The notes beneath the pieces are model-generated. The model saw only the letters and a program-made list of their open reading frames with translations, made no database searches and was not told where the DNA came from. The translations under genes and the position numbers were made by a program. From an uncultured Candidatus Saccharibacteria bacterium (GTDB lineage Bacteria > Patescibacteriota > Minisyncoccia > Sungbacterales > JACQCQ01): a stretch of DNA of 64,000 nucleotides. Positions 40,552 to 49,433 of the stretch are shown here, in pieces (position 1 is the first letter of the stretch; the number at the start of each line of letters is the position of its first letter). The stretch is taken from positions 27,385 through 91,384 of the forward strand of contig CAZBTX010000004.1 of the NCBI GenBank assembly GCA_964494945.1. Direction: 5' to 3'.

Positions 40552-40974
40552 GTGGTTTTCGTGCCTTCCATACCGCTCGTTAACAAGTTCCAGCCGCTTA
40601 CCGAAGCGCCGCCGGAAGTTGCAGCGCTTCTTGACCGCACCAAAAGCACAAGTCATGCAAGGGCGCTGTTGTCGCTTCTCATTCAGTCCCCGGCGGGGAT
40701 TCAGATCGGCACATGCACAGGGGGCGCAGATGTAATCAAACTTCAGAAGTGCATCTCTTGGCTTGGTCGGGAGCCGGGAGCATTTCTTCGCTGGGGCGAA
40801 CTGCTTTCGGCAAAAAACGGGATTCGCTATCTTCTTCAGAGTGCCGGTCTCCAGTACGGCATCTGGTGCTCATGCCCCGACTGGCTTGGCGGACGAAGAA
40901 AAGGAAACTACCGCGGCGGGGAAGTTCCAGTTTCCGTAGGTCTTGTCGACAAACAGAAACCAGTAACAGAGTGA
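40552..40974 (+). CDS. Hypothetical protein
   Basis: It is an ORF only, with a terminator immediately downstream. Confidence 0.3.
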   Translation: MVFVPSIPLVNKFQPLTEAPPEVAALLDRTKSTSHARALLSLLIQSPAGIQIGTCTGGADVIKLQKCISWLGREPGAFLRWGELLSAKNGIRYLLQSAGLQYGIWCSCPDWLGGRRKGNYRGGEVPVSVGLVDKQKPVTE

Positions 40975-40975
40975 C

Positions 40976-41012
40976 CGGGGCCGCATTCTTCGGGGTGCGG
41001 CCGCTTTTTTTA
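40976..41012 (+). terminator. Rho-independent terminator (GGCCGCA-loop-TGCGGCC + T8)
   Basis: It is a hairpin followed by GCTTTTTTTA. Confidence 0.7.
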
Positions 41013-41141
41013 TTTAAACTTTATGACTATTATTGGTTTTTGTCATAGCAAAGTTCGTGAATAGAAAATCTGAATTATAAAATGCGAAATTTATTTTAAA
41101 GTTGTCAAGAATATTCACATTGCCATCGTTGGTTTTTCGTC

Positions 41142-41163
41142 AAGTTTGAGTTATCCACAGTTG
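41142..41163. promoter_or_regulatory. Second copy of DnaA-box-containing motif AAGTTTGAGTTATCCACAGTTG
   Basis: It was read from the sequence. Confidence 0.5.
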
Positions 41164-41312
41164 AAGTTTTACGGGATTCTTGCAAAAATGAGAGCAGGAG
41201 TGAAAAAGAACGCTGAGACACTTAACGAAAGCGTTTAACATAAGGAAGTGCGAAACCAACGTCGTTCGGCGCGGTACGCGCTACCCCATGCGGAACGTTT
41301 CTCGAAAAGGAA

Positions 41313-41687
41313 ATGCATAAGTCGCTTCATATCCTCGCGGACCTCTATAACTGTCGCGGGGACGAAAAATATCTCACAAAGGTAAGCACGGTAAAAAAGA
41401 AAGTTTTGCAGATGATAAAGCGGGCCGGCTTTAAAGTTGTGGCTTCGCGTTTTCATAAATTTCCACCCGGCTCCAACGCGACCGAAGGCGGTATTACGGG
41501 CGTTATCGTGGTTTCGGAGTCGCACTTGACCATCCATACCTGGCCGGAAAAACATTACGTCAATTTTGACGTGTTCTTTTGCAGTTATTCGCGGGACAAC
41601 TCGCATAAGACCAGAAACATCTTCCGCGAATTTTCCTCGCTCTATAAACCAAAAAAACTTCGTAAGCGTGAAGTTTGGAGGGATTAA
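41313..41687 (+). CDS. speH: S-adenosylmethionine decarboxylase proenzyme, small bacterial/archaeal type
   Basis: It has the ESHLTIHTWPE signature with the pyruvoyl-precursor Ser. Confidence 0.75.
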   Translation: MHKSLHILADLYNCRGDEKYLTKVSTVKKKVLQMIKRAGFKVVASRFHKFPPGSNATEGGITGVIVVSESHLTIHTWPEKHYVNFDVFFCSYSRDNSHKTRNIFREFSSLYKPKKLRKREVWRD

Positions 41688-41822
41688 TCCCGTTAGAGGT
41701 CAGGTTTGCTCCGCGCAAACCGGCGGCAACCAAAACGGTTCCATAATAAGTAGTTTTAGAAAGGGTACTCGGTATTTCAAAGCAAGTTAACTTTCGAGGT
41801 TAGTTGCCTACCTCTAACGGGA
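41688..41822. repeat. Palindromic TIR element copy C (TCCCGTTAGAGG ... CCTCTAACGGGA) between speH and secA
   Basis: The 12-bp perfect terminal inverted repeats were verified. It is a variant of the 39982 and 49318 element. Confidence 0.7.
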
Positions 41823-41909
41823 CTAACCCAAGGCTCTAAAATAGCCCCGATGAGCCGGGGTCGTTTTTGGCTTCCTATAATCGCTTTTTTGTCTTAGAAT
41901 AATCCAGTT

Positions 41910-44642
41910 ATGGCCCTATTGGCTAAGATTTTCGGAGACGCCAATGAGCGCGCGGTGCGTGAGTATTTACCTATGGTGGCGGGTATCAACGCGCTTGAGC
42001 CGGAATTTAAAAAGTTATCGGAGGAGAATTTAAAAGCAAAAACAGCCGAATTCAAAGAGCGGATGAGCAAAGGAGAAACGTTGGATGACCTGCTCCCGGA
42101 GGCCTTTGCGACCGTTCGCGAAGCGTCCCAAAGAACGCTCGGCCAGCGGCATTTTGACGTGCAGTTAATGGGCGGTATGGCTTTGCACCAAGGAAAAATT
42201 TCAGAGATGAGGACAGGCGAAGGCAAAACTCTGGTAGCCACACTACCCGCGTATCTGAACGCGCTATTGAGTAAGGGAGTTCATATCGTAACGGTTAACG
42301 ACTATTTGGCGCGGAGAGACGCCGTGTGGATGGGGCAGATTCATCATGCCTTGGGGCTGACAGTGGGAGTATTGAATCATGAGGCGTCGTATATTTATGA
42401 TCCAACACACGAAAATCCAAATGATCAAAACAACTTAGACAAAACACGGGATACATTAGGAGCATTTAAGGTGGTGCATGAATTTTTGCGTCCCGTGACG
42501 CGCCGCGAAGCGTATGAGGCCGACATAACTTACGGCACCAATAATGAATACGGTTTTGATTATCTTCGCGACAACATGGTGTATGCAACGGCCCAACTCT
42601 CTCAAAGAGAGCACAATTTCGCCATCATTGACGAGGTGGACTCCATTTTAATAGATGAAGCCAGAACCCCGCTGATAATTTCGGCTCCCGATGAGGAATC
42701 CGGCGAGCTTTACAAGACCTTTTCGCAATTTGTGCCGCGCCTTTCAGCGCCCGACGACTTCACGATTGACGAAAAACTAAAAGCCGTGGCTATTACAGAG
42801 CATGGCATTGATAAGGTGGAGGGCATCATCGGCAAGAAACTTTACGAAGGCGGGCACGAAGCCGAGTCCATTAAATTAGTGCATCATCTAGAGCAAGCCC
42901 TAAGAGCTCATTCTTTGTATTTAAGAGATAGGGATTATGTGGTTAAGGATGGCGAGGTAATTATTGTTGACGAATTTACGGGGCGTTTAATGCCGGGCAG
43001 GCGCTGGTCGGAGGGATTGCATCAAGCGATTGAAGCCAAAGAGGGAGTTCAAATTCAGCGCGAATCAAAGACACTTGCCACTATTACCTTCCAGAATTAT
43101 TTCCGCATGTACCCGAAGTTAGCTGGTATGACGGGAACGGCCGCGACCAACGCCGAAGAATTTCATAAGGTTTATAAATTGGAAGTTGTTTCCGTTCTCA
43201 CTCACCGTCCTAATGTCCGCGAGGACAGGTCGGACCTGGTATTTCGCACCGAGAAGGGGAAATTCACAGCGCTGGCTCGAGAAATAAAACGTCTTAATCA
43301 AATTGAGGCGTCGGTGTTAATCGGCACTGTTTCCATTGAAAAGAACGAGCGGCTTTCCGAGATATTAAAGCGTGAAGGCGTGCCGCATAGGGTGTTAAAC
43401 GCCAAGAATCATGAAGAGGAAGCGGCGATTATCGCGCAAGCCGGGCGCAAGGGAGCTGTCACGGTTGCCACAAACTTAGCCGGTAGAGGTGTGGACATAA
43501 TTTTAGGCGGTAATCCACCAACCGCTGAAGAAGCGGAATTGGTAAAACAAAATGGGGGATTGCATGTTTTCGGCACGGAGCGGCACGAAGCGCGCCGCAT
43601 TGATAACCAGTTAAGAGGCCGCTCCGGACGCCAAGGCGACCCCGGCGTTACTCAATTTTATCTTTCACTGGAAGACGACCTAATGCGCGTTTTCGGCTCT
43701 TCACGCATTAAAAGCATGATGGAAAGTTTCGGCATTCCCGAAGACGAGCCGATAGAAAATCGCATGGTCTCTAAAGCCATTGAATCGGCCCAGGCCAAAA
43801 TTGAAGGATTCCATTTTGACGCCCGGAAGCATGTCTTGGAATACGACGACGTTATGAATAAACAGCGCGAAGCGATTTACAGAATGCGGAAATCCATTTT
43901 AGGTACAGCCGAAAATCCCGCGGTGCTACAGGTTCAAGTGCATGTAATGATACGCGACGAGGCATCAGCCATTGCCGAGGCACATGCAGCTGCTGAAAAT
44001 TTGGAAGAAGGCATTGATGAATTGAAGAAATTTATTGCCGCGTTCATCCCCGGCGATTTTGAGAACGAAGACCTTAAAAAACTGGATGAGGCCAAGAATC
44101 TCGGACGAGAAGGCGCGCGCGAGTTTTTGCAAGAAATAGTCGCCGAAATTTTGACGGCGGCGTATACGAGAAGAGAGAAGGATTTGGGTGAGCCGTTCTC
44201 GCAAGCGGTGCGAACGGTGATGCTCCAAACCATTGATTTTATTTGGATAGACCATCTGACGGAAATGGACCATTTACGCGATTCGGTGCGACTCCGCGCC
44301 TACGGCCAGCGCGACCCGTTGGTGGAATATAAAAATGAATCGGTGCGACTCTTTAGATTATTGCAAGCCAGCATCCGCCAATATTCCATCCAAACAATAT
44401 TTAGGGTGGGGGAGAAAACAGGAAACAGAACACAGGACACAGCGCGTCAAGAACCCAACTTGATTTTCCAATCGGCTAAAGATGAATCAAATTCCGCCGG
44501 CGCTAAAGTATATACGCCGTCAGCCAAAAAAGAACCCGGCCGCAACGACCCCTGCCCGTGTGGAGCGGTCAATCCCGCGACAGGGGAAGTATATAAATGG
44601 AAGAAATGTGGCATGGTTAATGCCTCATATCATAAGAAGTGA
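41910..44642 (+). CDS. secA: Preprotein translocase ATPase SecA
   Basis: It has the DEAD-like motor motifs and the C-terminal zinc motif CPCG...C. The protein is 910 aa. Confidence 0.9.
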   Translation: MALLAKIFGDANERAVREYLPMVAGINALEPEFKKLSEENLKAKTAEFKERMSKGETLDDLLPEAFATVREASQRTLGQRHFDVQLMGGMALHQGKISEMRTGEGKTLVATLPAYLNALLSKGVHIVTVNDYLARRDAVWMGQIHHALGLTVGVLNHEASYIYDPTHENPNDQNNLDKTRDTLGAFKVVHEFLRPVTRREAYEADITYGTNNEYGFDYLRDNMVYATAQLSQREHNFAIIDEVDSILIDEARTPLIISAPDEESGELYKTFSQFVPRLSAPDDFTIDEKLKAVAITEHGIDKVEGIIGKKLYEGGHEAESIKLVHHLEQALRAHSLYLRDRDYVVKDGEVIIVDEFTGRLMPGRRWSEGLHQAIEAKEGVQIQRESKTLATITFQNYFRMYPKLAGMTGTAATNAEEFHKVYKLEVVSVLTHRPNVREDRSDLVFRTEKGKFTALAREIKRLNQIEASVLIGTVSIEKNERLSEILKREGVPHRVLNAKNHEEEAAIIAQAGRKGAVTVATNLAGRGVDIILGGNPPTAEEAELVKQNGGLHVFGTERHEARRIDNQLRGRSGRQGDPGVTQFYLSLEDDLMRVFGSSRIKSMMESFGIPEDEPIENRMVSKAIESAQAKIEGFHFDARKHVLEYDDVMNKQREAIYRMRKSILGTAENPAVLQVQVHVMIRDEASAIAEAHAAAENLEEGIDELKKFIAAFIPGDFENEDLKKLDEAKNLGREGAREFLQEIVAEILTAAYTRREKDLGEPFSQAVRTVMLQTIDFIWIDHLTEMDHLRDSVRLRAYGQRDPLVEYKNESVRLFRLLQASIRQYSIQTIFRVGEKTGNRTQDTARQEPNLIFQSAKDESNSAGAKVYTPSAKKEPGRNDPCPCGAVNPATGEVYKWKKCGMVNASYHKK

Positions 44643-44718
44643 AGCGGAGTCCATCCGTAGCGAAGCGTAGGAGGATGGAAGCGGGAAGAAATATAAAAAG
44701 TGTCACGGAACGTAAAAT

Positions 44719-44752
44719 AACATTCCAACATTCTGCAGAATGTTGGAATGTT
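44719..44752. promoter_or_regulatory. 34-bp perfect palindrome AACATTCCAACATTCTG/CAGAATGTTGGAATGTT
   Basis: It was verified. It shares its AACATTC...GAATGTT ends with the 24300 palindrome. Confidence 0.75.
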
Positions 44753-44805
44753 TAGGGGTTTATCTTAAGCGAATTGAGGTGTGGCGCAGAGATATAGAGC
44801 AATAA

Positions 44806-44814
44806 TGGTATTAT
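44806..44814 (+). promoter_or_regulatory. Extended -10 TGGTATTAT 7 nt upstream of ATG (possible leaderless transcript)
   Basis: It matches a sequence motif. The same TGGTATAAT is seen at 48926. Confidence 0.3.
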
Positions 44815-44820
44815 CCTTAT

Positions 44821-45168
44821 ATGACTATGGAAGTTGTTAGAGAGCTGATATCGCGCGAGAAACTTAAAAGTATTGCCGAGAATCAATTTGGTAATTTGGT
44901 GAAGGCCGTAGTTGACATAGAACAAGAGATTATGGTCATTGGCGGGGAATTGCACGCGGATGAAGAAGCCGTATTGATTGAGCAAGGATCAAATCAGCGA
45001 AATCTTTGGGGCATTAATCTCTATCCCGCCAAAACCGGAGACGATTTTATAGAGTTTGATTCAATGATCAATATACGTCCTTCGCAAAATAATAACTCAG
45101 GAAGCGTGGGAGATGCTGGAATACGGGAGAAAATACGCGCTATCATCGCAAAATTAATAAAGGATTAA
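44821..45168 (+). CDS. Hypothetical small protein
   Basis: It is an ORF only. Confidence 0.35.
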   Translation: MTMEVVRELISREKLKSIAENQFGNLVKAVVDIEQEIMVIGGELHADEEAVLIEQGSNQRNLWGINLYPAKTGDDFIEFDSMINIRPSQNNNSGSVGDAGIREKIRAIIAKLIKD

Positions 45169-45169
45169 T

Positions 45170-45502
45170 ATGCTGCATCAGCACGCAGAACTTTCAAGGG
45201 GCGGATGGCAGAAACTTTCTTTGGTGGAACAACTTGGGAATATCGGGAGCGAAGTTGGAAGAGCCGCGAAGTGGCAAGGGAAGGATGACGAGAACTTCAA
45301 AGCGTCTTTCGTGCGCGCGCTGGATTTATTAGATCTAACCATGCAGGATCCGCGCTGGAGCAAGAGCTTAAAAGAAATCGCTAGAGTCCGGGAGCTGTTG
45401 TGTGAAGCGGTATTCGGCGACAGAAAAAAATATAATACAACACTCGAGGACATCGATCGCTATTTTTACCAGTTTGCGCTAGCCGCACGTTTAAAAACTT
45501 AG
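45170..45502 (+). CDS. Hypothetical small helical protein
   Basis: It is an ORF only and sits 2 nt after the previous gene. Confidence 0.35.
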   Translation: MLHQHAELSRGGWQKLSLVEQLGNIGSEVGRAAKWQGKDDENFKASFVRALDLLDLTMQDPRWSKSLKEIARVRELLCEAVFGDRKKYNTTLEDIDRYFYQFALAARLKT

Positions 45503-46100
45503 TTTCATTTATATCGCATAACAAAAAGTGACAACCGATTCGCGCGTCTCAACACAAACCTAACCACTACCATACTCTAGAGTATGGTAGTGGAACAAAG
45601 TTGAGGGTTTTTTAATACAGAGGGGTATCGGAAGATGGTTGCGATAAAATAAATCTTTGTTTGACAGGATTTTGTGACTTTGCTATAAAGGATTTGCTAT
45701 GCAGATAGCAGTACGACAATTGAAGCATTGGTGGCATCCTCTTTGTGAGAGAGGCCAGTGAGTTGTCGTCCCAATAGGCGGAAAAGCTCCCCAAGAACGT
45801 TGGCCTCTTTCAAAAGAGGTTTTCGCGTTTTTAGGGAGCTTTTTGCGTATATCGCGCCAGGAGGTGCGAAAAACTAAGAAAGGGGGTGGTGCCGCATGCA
45901 CGGCCACGGCGGAAAGTAACTGGGGGTCGAGAAGTTTACTCAATCCATGAAAGGGGGTGAGAATAATGCACGGCTGGGGCAAGTAGGCAGTACGGAGGTG
46001 CGGACATCGGTCCGCACCTCCCCATAAATCCCCTATGATACAATTTATGTTTATTGAAACAAGCCGCAAAAAGATTTAGACTAAGCCAACTCTCAAAAAC

Positions 46101-48686
46101 ATGCCTAGTCCGAAGAAATTAAATGTACGTCTCCCCAGGAACGTAAAACCCGAGCGTTATCGTTTGGTACTTCACCCAGATCTAAAGCGTTTTACCTTCC
46201 AGTGCGAGGAGACGGCTTATTTAAACCTTGCGAAGCCGACAAGGGAAATTGTTTTGCATGGGAAGGATTTAAGAGTTTCTTCAGCGAAAGCCGCGCGGGG
46301 AAAAGAAGAAATTAAGGCAAAGAAAATTTCATATGACGCGAAAGCTGAAACTATAACGTTTTCGTTCCCCTGGGTGATTCCAAAGGGGAAAATCGAACTT
46401 CAATTGGAGTTTACGGGTACTTTAAATGATCAGATGCGCGGGTTTTATCGAAGCCGCTATGAGAAAGATGGTAAAGAGCATTGGCTTGCGACAACGCAAT
46501 TTGAAGCGACAGACGCGAGAAGGGCATTTCTCTGCGTTGATGAGCCGGAAGCAAAAGCGGTTTTTGATGTAACACTCATGACTCCGCGGGGGCATACGGC
46601 AATTTCCAACACGCTGCCCGTGCATGTGGCGGAACATGAATCCGGATACCAAATCGTGAAATTTGCCCCGACGCCAAAAATGTCAACCTATCTTCTGGTG
46701 TTCATCGTGGGCGATTTCGAATTTGTAGAAAAAAAGACCTCCCGCGGGACACTGGTGCGGGTGTTCGTAACCCCCGGGAAAAAACATCAGGCCATGTTCG
46801 CGCTTGATGTAGCCGCGAAAGTCCTTACGTTCTTTGAAAATTACTTTGCGATCAAGTATCCGTTGCCGGTGCTCGATATGATTGCCATTCCGGATTTCTC
46901 CGCCGGAGCGATGGAAAACTGGGGAGCGGTAACTTATCGGGAGTCCGCGATTTTATTCGATCCGAAACATTCTTCGACCGGGAACAAACAATGGATTGCC
47001 TTGGTAATCTCGCATGAGTTAGCCCATCAGTGGTTCGGGAATTTAGTAACGATGGAGTGGTGGACCCATCTCTGGTTGAATGAAGGATTTGCTTCTTATA
47101 TTGAATACTTGGCAGTGGATCATCTCTTCCCGGAATGGGATATCTGGACCCAATTTGTGGTGCTTGATCTTGGCGCAGCCCTGAATCTGGATGCTCTAAA
47201 AAATACCCACCCCATTGAAGTGGAAGTCCATCATCCTTCTGAAATCAGTGAGATATTCGATGCCGTCTCATACCAAAAGGGTGCGTCCATTATTCGCATG
47301 CTTGCCGATTATCTGGGAGAGAAAAGTTTCCGCGACGGACTCCGGCACTATCTGAAAAAGCATGCCTATGCCAACGCAAGGACCGAAGATCTTTGGCTTG
47401 CGCTGGAACACGTCACAAAAAAGCCCGTGCGGAAGATTATGGCGGCATGGACGGGAAAGGCAGGTTATCCCCTGGTAAGAGCCAAGGAAACGAAAAAGGG
47501 CGTCGTGATTTTGCAGTCGCGGTTTTTCTCAAGCGCTATTATTCGGAAACAGACGAAAGATTCTACGGTTTGGAATATTCCGATTAATTTTCTGAAAGAG
47601 AGCGCCTCAAAACCCGAACGATTTCTTTTGGATAAAAGAGAAAAGCCATTTCCGGTCCGTCTAGAAGACGGCGAATGGGTATCATTGAATGCTGGAGCCT
47701 CAGGCGTTTATCGGGTTGATTATCCTGCTCCGATGTTGCATCGCCTTCGCGAAGCCATCGAAGAAAGGTCGCTTTCAGCGCGGGAGCGCCTGGCGATCGG
47801 ATCGGATACTTTTTCGCTTGCGGAATCCAGCGAACTTCCGACAACCGAGGCGCTTCTTCTTGCTAAAGCATACAAGGAAGAAACGGATTACTCTGTCTGG
47901 TCGGATTTGGATTCACATTTTAGTTATTTGGAAGGCTTACTGGCGGATGAGAATTTTTTAGATTCGTATCGGACGTATCTTCGCGGTATATATCAGGCAA
48001 TTGCGAAGCGAATGGGTTGGGAGAAAAAGAAAGGCGAAAAACATACAGATTCGCTACTGCGAAGTTTAGCGCTGTGGGGGTTTGGCTCTCGCGGGGAAGA
48101 TGAAAATACAGTCAAAGAGGCGAAACGTAGGTTCCGTGAGCTGCAAAAAGGGAAGCATCTTGATCCCGATATTCGCGGAGTTGTCTATGGTTTAGCAGCT
48201 CAACATGGCGGAAAAGCCGAGTATGATTGGTTTGTGAAGAGACACCAAGCCGAGCGATTGAACGAAGAAAAAGTGCGCCTTCTCCGGACATTGGGAAGGT
48301 TTTCCAATACATCGCTTCTTCGTAAAACTCTTAATTACACATTTTCAAAACATGTGCGCACTCAAGACGATATCTTCGGAATTCAGAGTGTTGCCGGAAA
48401 TCCGAAAGGCAGAGGACTCGCCTGGAATTTTGTAAAAGCGAATTGGAAAAAAATTCTAGAGCGGCACGGAAGGGGCGGACACGTACTCCCGAATTTTGTG
48501 AAGGTCGCTCAAATTTTCAATACCAAAGAAAAAGCAAAGGACGTGCGAGAGTTCTTTCGAACACACGAAGCGCCCGGCGCTATTCGCGCGGTGGAGCAAA
48601 CTATTGAGCGCATTGAGTCAAAAGCAGATTGGCTTTCCCGCGACCGGACAAAAATTAGAGAATGGCTAAAAAATACAAAAATTTAG
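46101..48686 (+). CDS. pepN: Aminopeptidase N (M1 family zinc metallopeptidase)
   Basis: It carries GAMEN and HELAHQWFGN...E, the HEXXH-18-E motif. Confidence 0.9.
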   Translation: MPSPKKLNVRLPRNVKPERYRLVLHPDLKRFTFQCEETAYLNLAKPTREIVLHGKDLRVSSAKAARGKEEIKAKKISYDAKAETITFSFPWVIPKGKIELQLEFTGTLNDQMRGFYRSRYEKDGKEHWLATTQFEATDARRAFLCVDEPEAKAVFDVTLMTPRGHTAISNTLPVHVAEHESGYQIVKFAPTPKMSTYLLVFIVGDFEFVEKKTSRGTLVRVFVTPGKKHQAMFALDVAAKVLTFFENYFAIKYPLPVLDMIAIPDFSAGAMENWGAVTYRESAILFDPKHSSTGNKQWIALVISHELAHQWFGNLVTMEWWTHLWLNEGFASYIEYLAVDHLFPEWDIWTQFVVLDLGAALNLDALKNTHPIEVEVHHPSEISEIFDAVSYQKGASIIRMLADYLGEKSFRDGLRHYLKKHAYANARTEDLWLALEHVTKKPVRKIMAAWTGKAGYPLVRAKETKKGVVILQSRFFSSAIIRKQTKDSTVWNIPINFLKESASKPERFLLDKREKPFPVRLEDGEWVSLNAGASGVYRVDYPAPMLHRLREAIEERSLSARERLAIGSDTFSLAESSELPTTEALLLAKAYKEETDYSVWSDLDSHFSYLEGLLADENFLDSYRTYLRGIYQAIAKRMGWEKKKGEKHTDSLLRSLALWGFGSRGEDENTVKEAKRRFRELQKGKHLDPDIRGVVYGLAAQHGGKAEYDWFVKRHQAERLNEEKVRLLRTLGRFSNTSLLRKTLNYTFSKHVRTQDDIFGIQSVAGNPKGRGLAWNFVKANWKKILERHGRGGHVLPNFVKVAQIFNTKEKAKDVREFFRTHEAPGAIRAVEQTIERIESKADWLSRDRTKIREWLKNTKI

Positions 48687-48940
48687 CTACCTTTTCTCTC
48701 TGTATTGCACATCAAAAAACGCCACGGGGAGTAAGTGCCACAAACATCCTTACATACTTGAGAATATAAGGATGTTTGTGGAAATGAAATATAAAAATGC
48801 GGGGTGTTAGATACGGAGGAGCGTATAAAAAGAATTCAAAAATAGACCTGCGGATGTTTTTAAACCCCTGCCCCGCGATTCGCGGGGCAGGGGTTTTATT
48901 AGAACATACAATCCCACAATTTTTATGGTATAATTTGACA

Positions 48941-49070
48941 CTATTGACTTTTCATTTTGAATTCGATATAAGAAATGAAGTTTCCAGGAAGCTCTAACAG
49001 CGCGCCAACAACAGCACGTGGGTGACCGAAACATTGGTCATTAGTACCCACGTGCTGTTTTCTTTTTTCA
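48941..49070 (+). ncRNA. Candidate small RNA: extended -10 (TGGTATAAT 48926-48934) to rho-independent terminator (stem 49010-49059 + T-run)
   Basis: A promoter-like element and a strong terminator bracket about 130 nt. It holds only a 16-codon ORF. Confidence 0.35.
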
Positions 49071-49169
49071 AAAAATTATTTAGTACGTGATACACTTAGC
49101 GTCAGTCAAAACGGTTCTTCGTCAACTTTAACTTTCGTAAAAGGGGGGATGCGGATTAGTATTCAACAC

Positions 49170-49298
49170 ATGAATAAGTTAGTATTTTTATTAATAATGG
49201 CAGCGTTAGTATGGGGGGCTTATAAACTTGTCTCGCCTTACTTTTTTACCGACCAGGCGGGTGGGAAACTTAATGAATTCAAAGCCATGGGGCAATAA
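49170..49298 (+). CDS. Candidate 42-aa single-TM peptide
   Basis: The ORF reads MNKLVFLLIMAALVWGAYKLVSPYFFTDQAGGKLNEFKAMGQ, with a G-rich stretch upstream. Confidence 0.2.
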   Translation: MNKLVFLLIMAALVWGAYKLVSPYFFTDQAGGKLNEFKAMGQ

Positions 49299-49303
49299 TA
49301 ATT

Positions 49304-49433
49304 TTCTAACGGGGATGATCCCGTTAGAAGCCGCGATCGCGGAAGCGGGATTTAAAGTTAAAGGATGTTATATTCAAAGAAAATAATATGGGCAGATTTG
49401 CGCGTTTGATCGCGATCTGCTTCTAACGGGATG
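49304..49433. repeat. Palindromic TIR element copy B with extra half-site; CYTH gene ATG inside right arm
   Basis: The arms are ATCCCGTTAGAAGC at 49318-49331 and GCTTCTAACGGGAT at 49419-49432. An upstream half-site TTCTAACGGG lies at 49304-49313. Confidence 0.75.

Noticed and set aside
39640-41163. Calling the DnaA-box pair the chromosomal origin of replication.
   Set aside because: There are only two boxes and no dnaA, dnaN or gidA context. The shared 22-bp context suggests a duplicated promoter module instead. The question is left open pending GC-skew analysis.
48797-48997. A 66-aa ORF in the pepN-CYTH spacer.
   Set aside because: It spans the hairpin and promoter-like region and is hydrophobic low-complexity. 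It is more parsimoniously non-coding: the candidate sRNA and its promoter.
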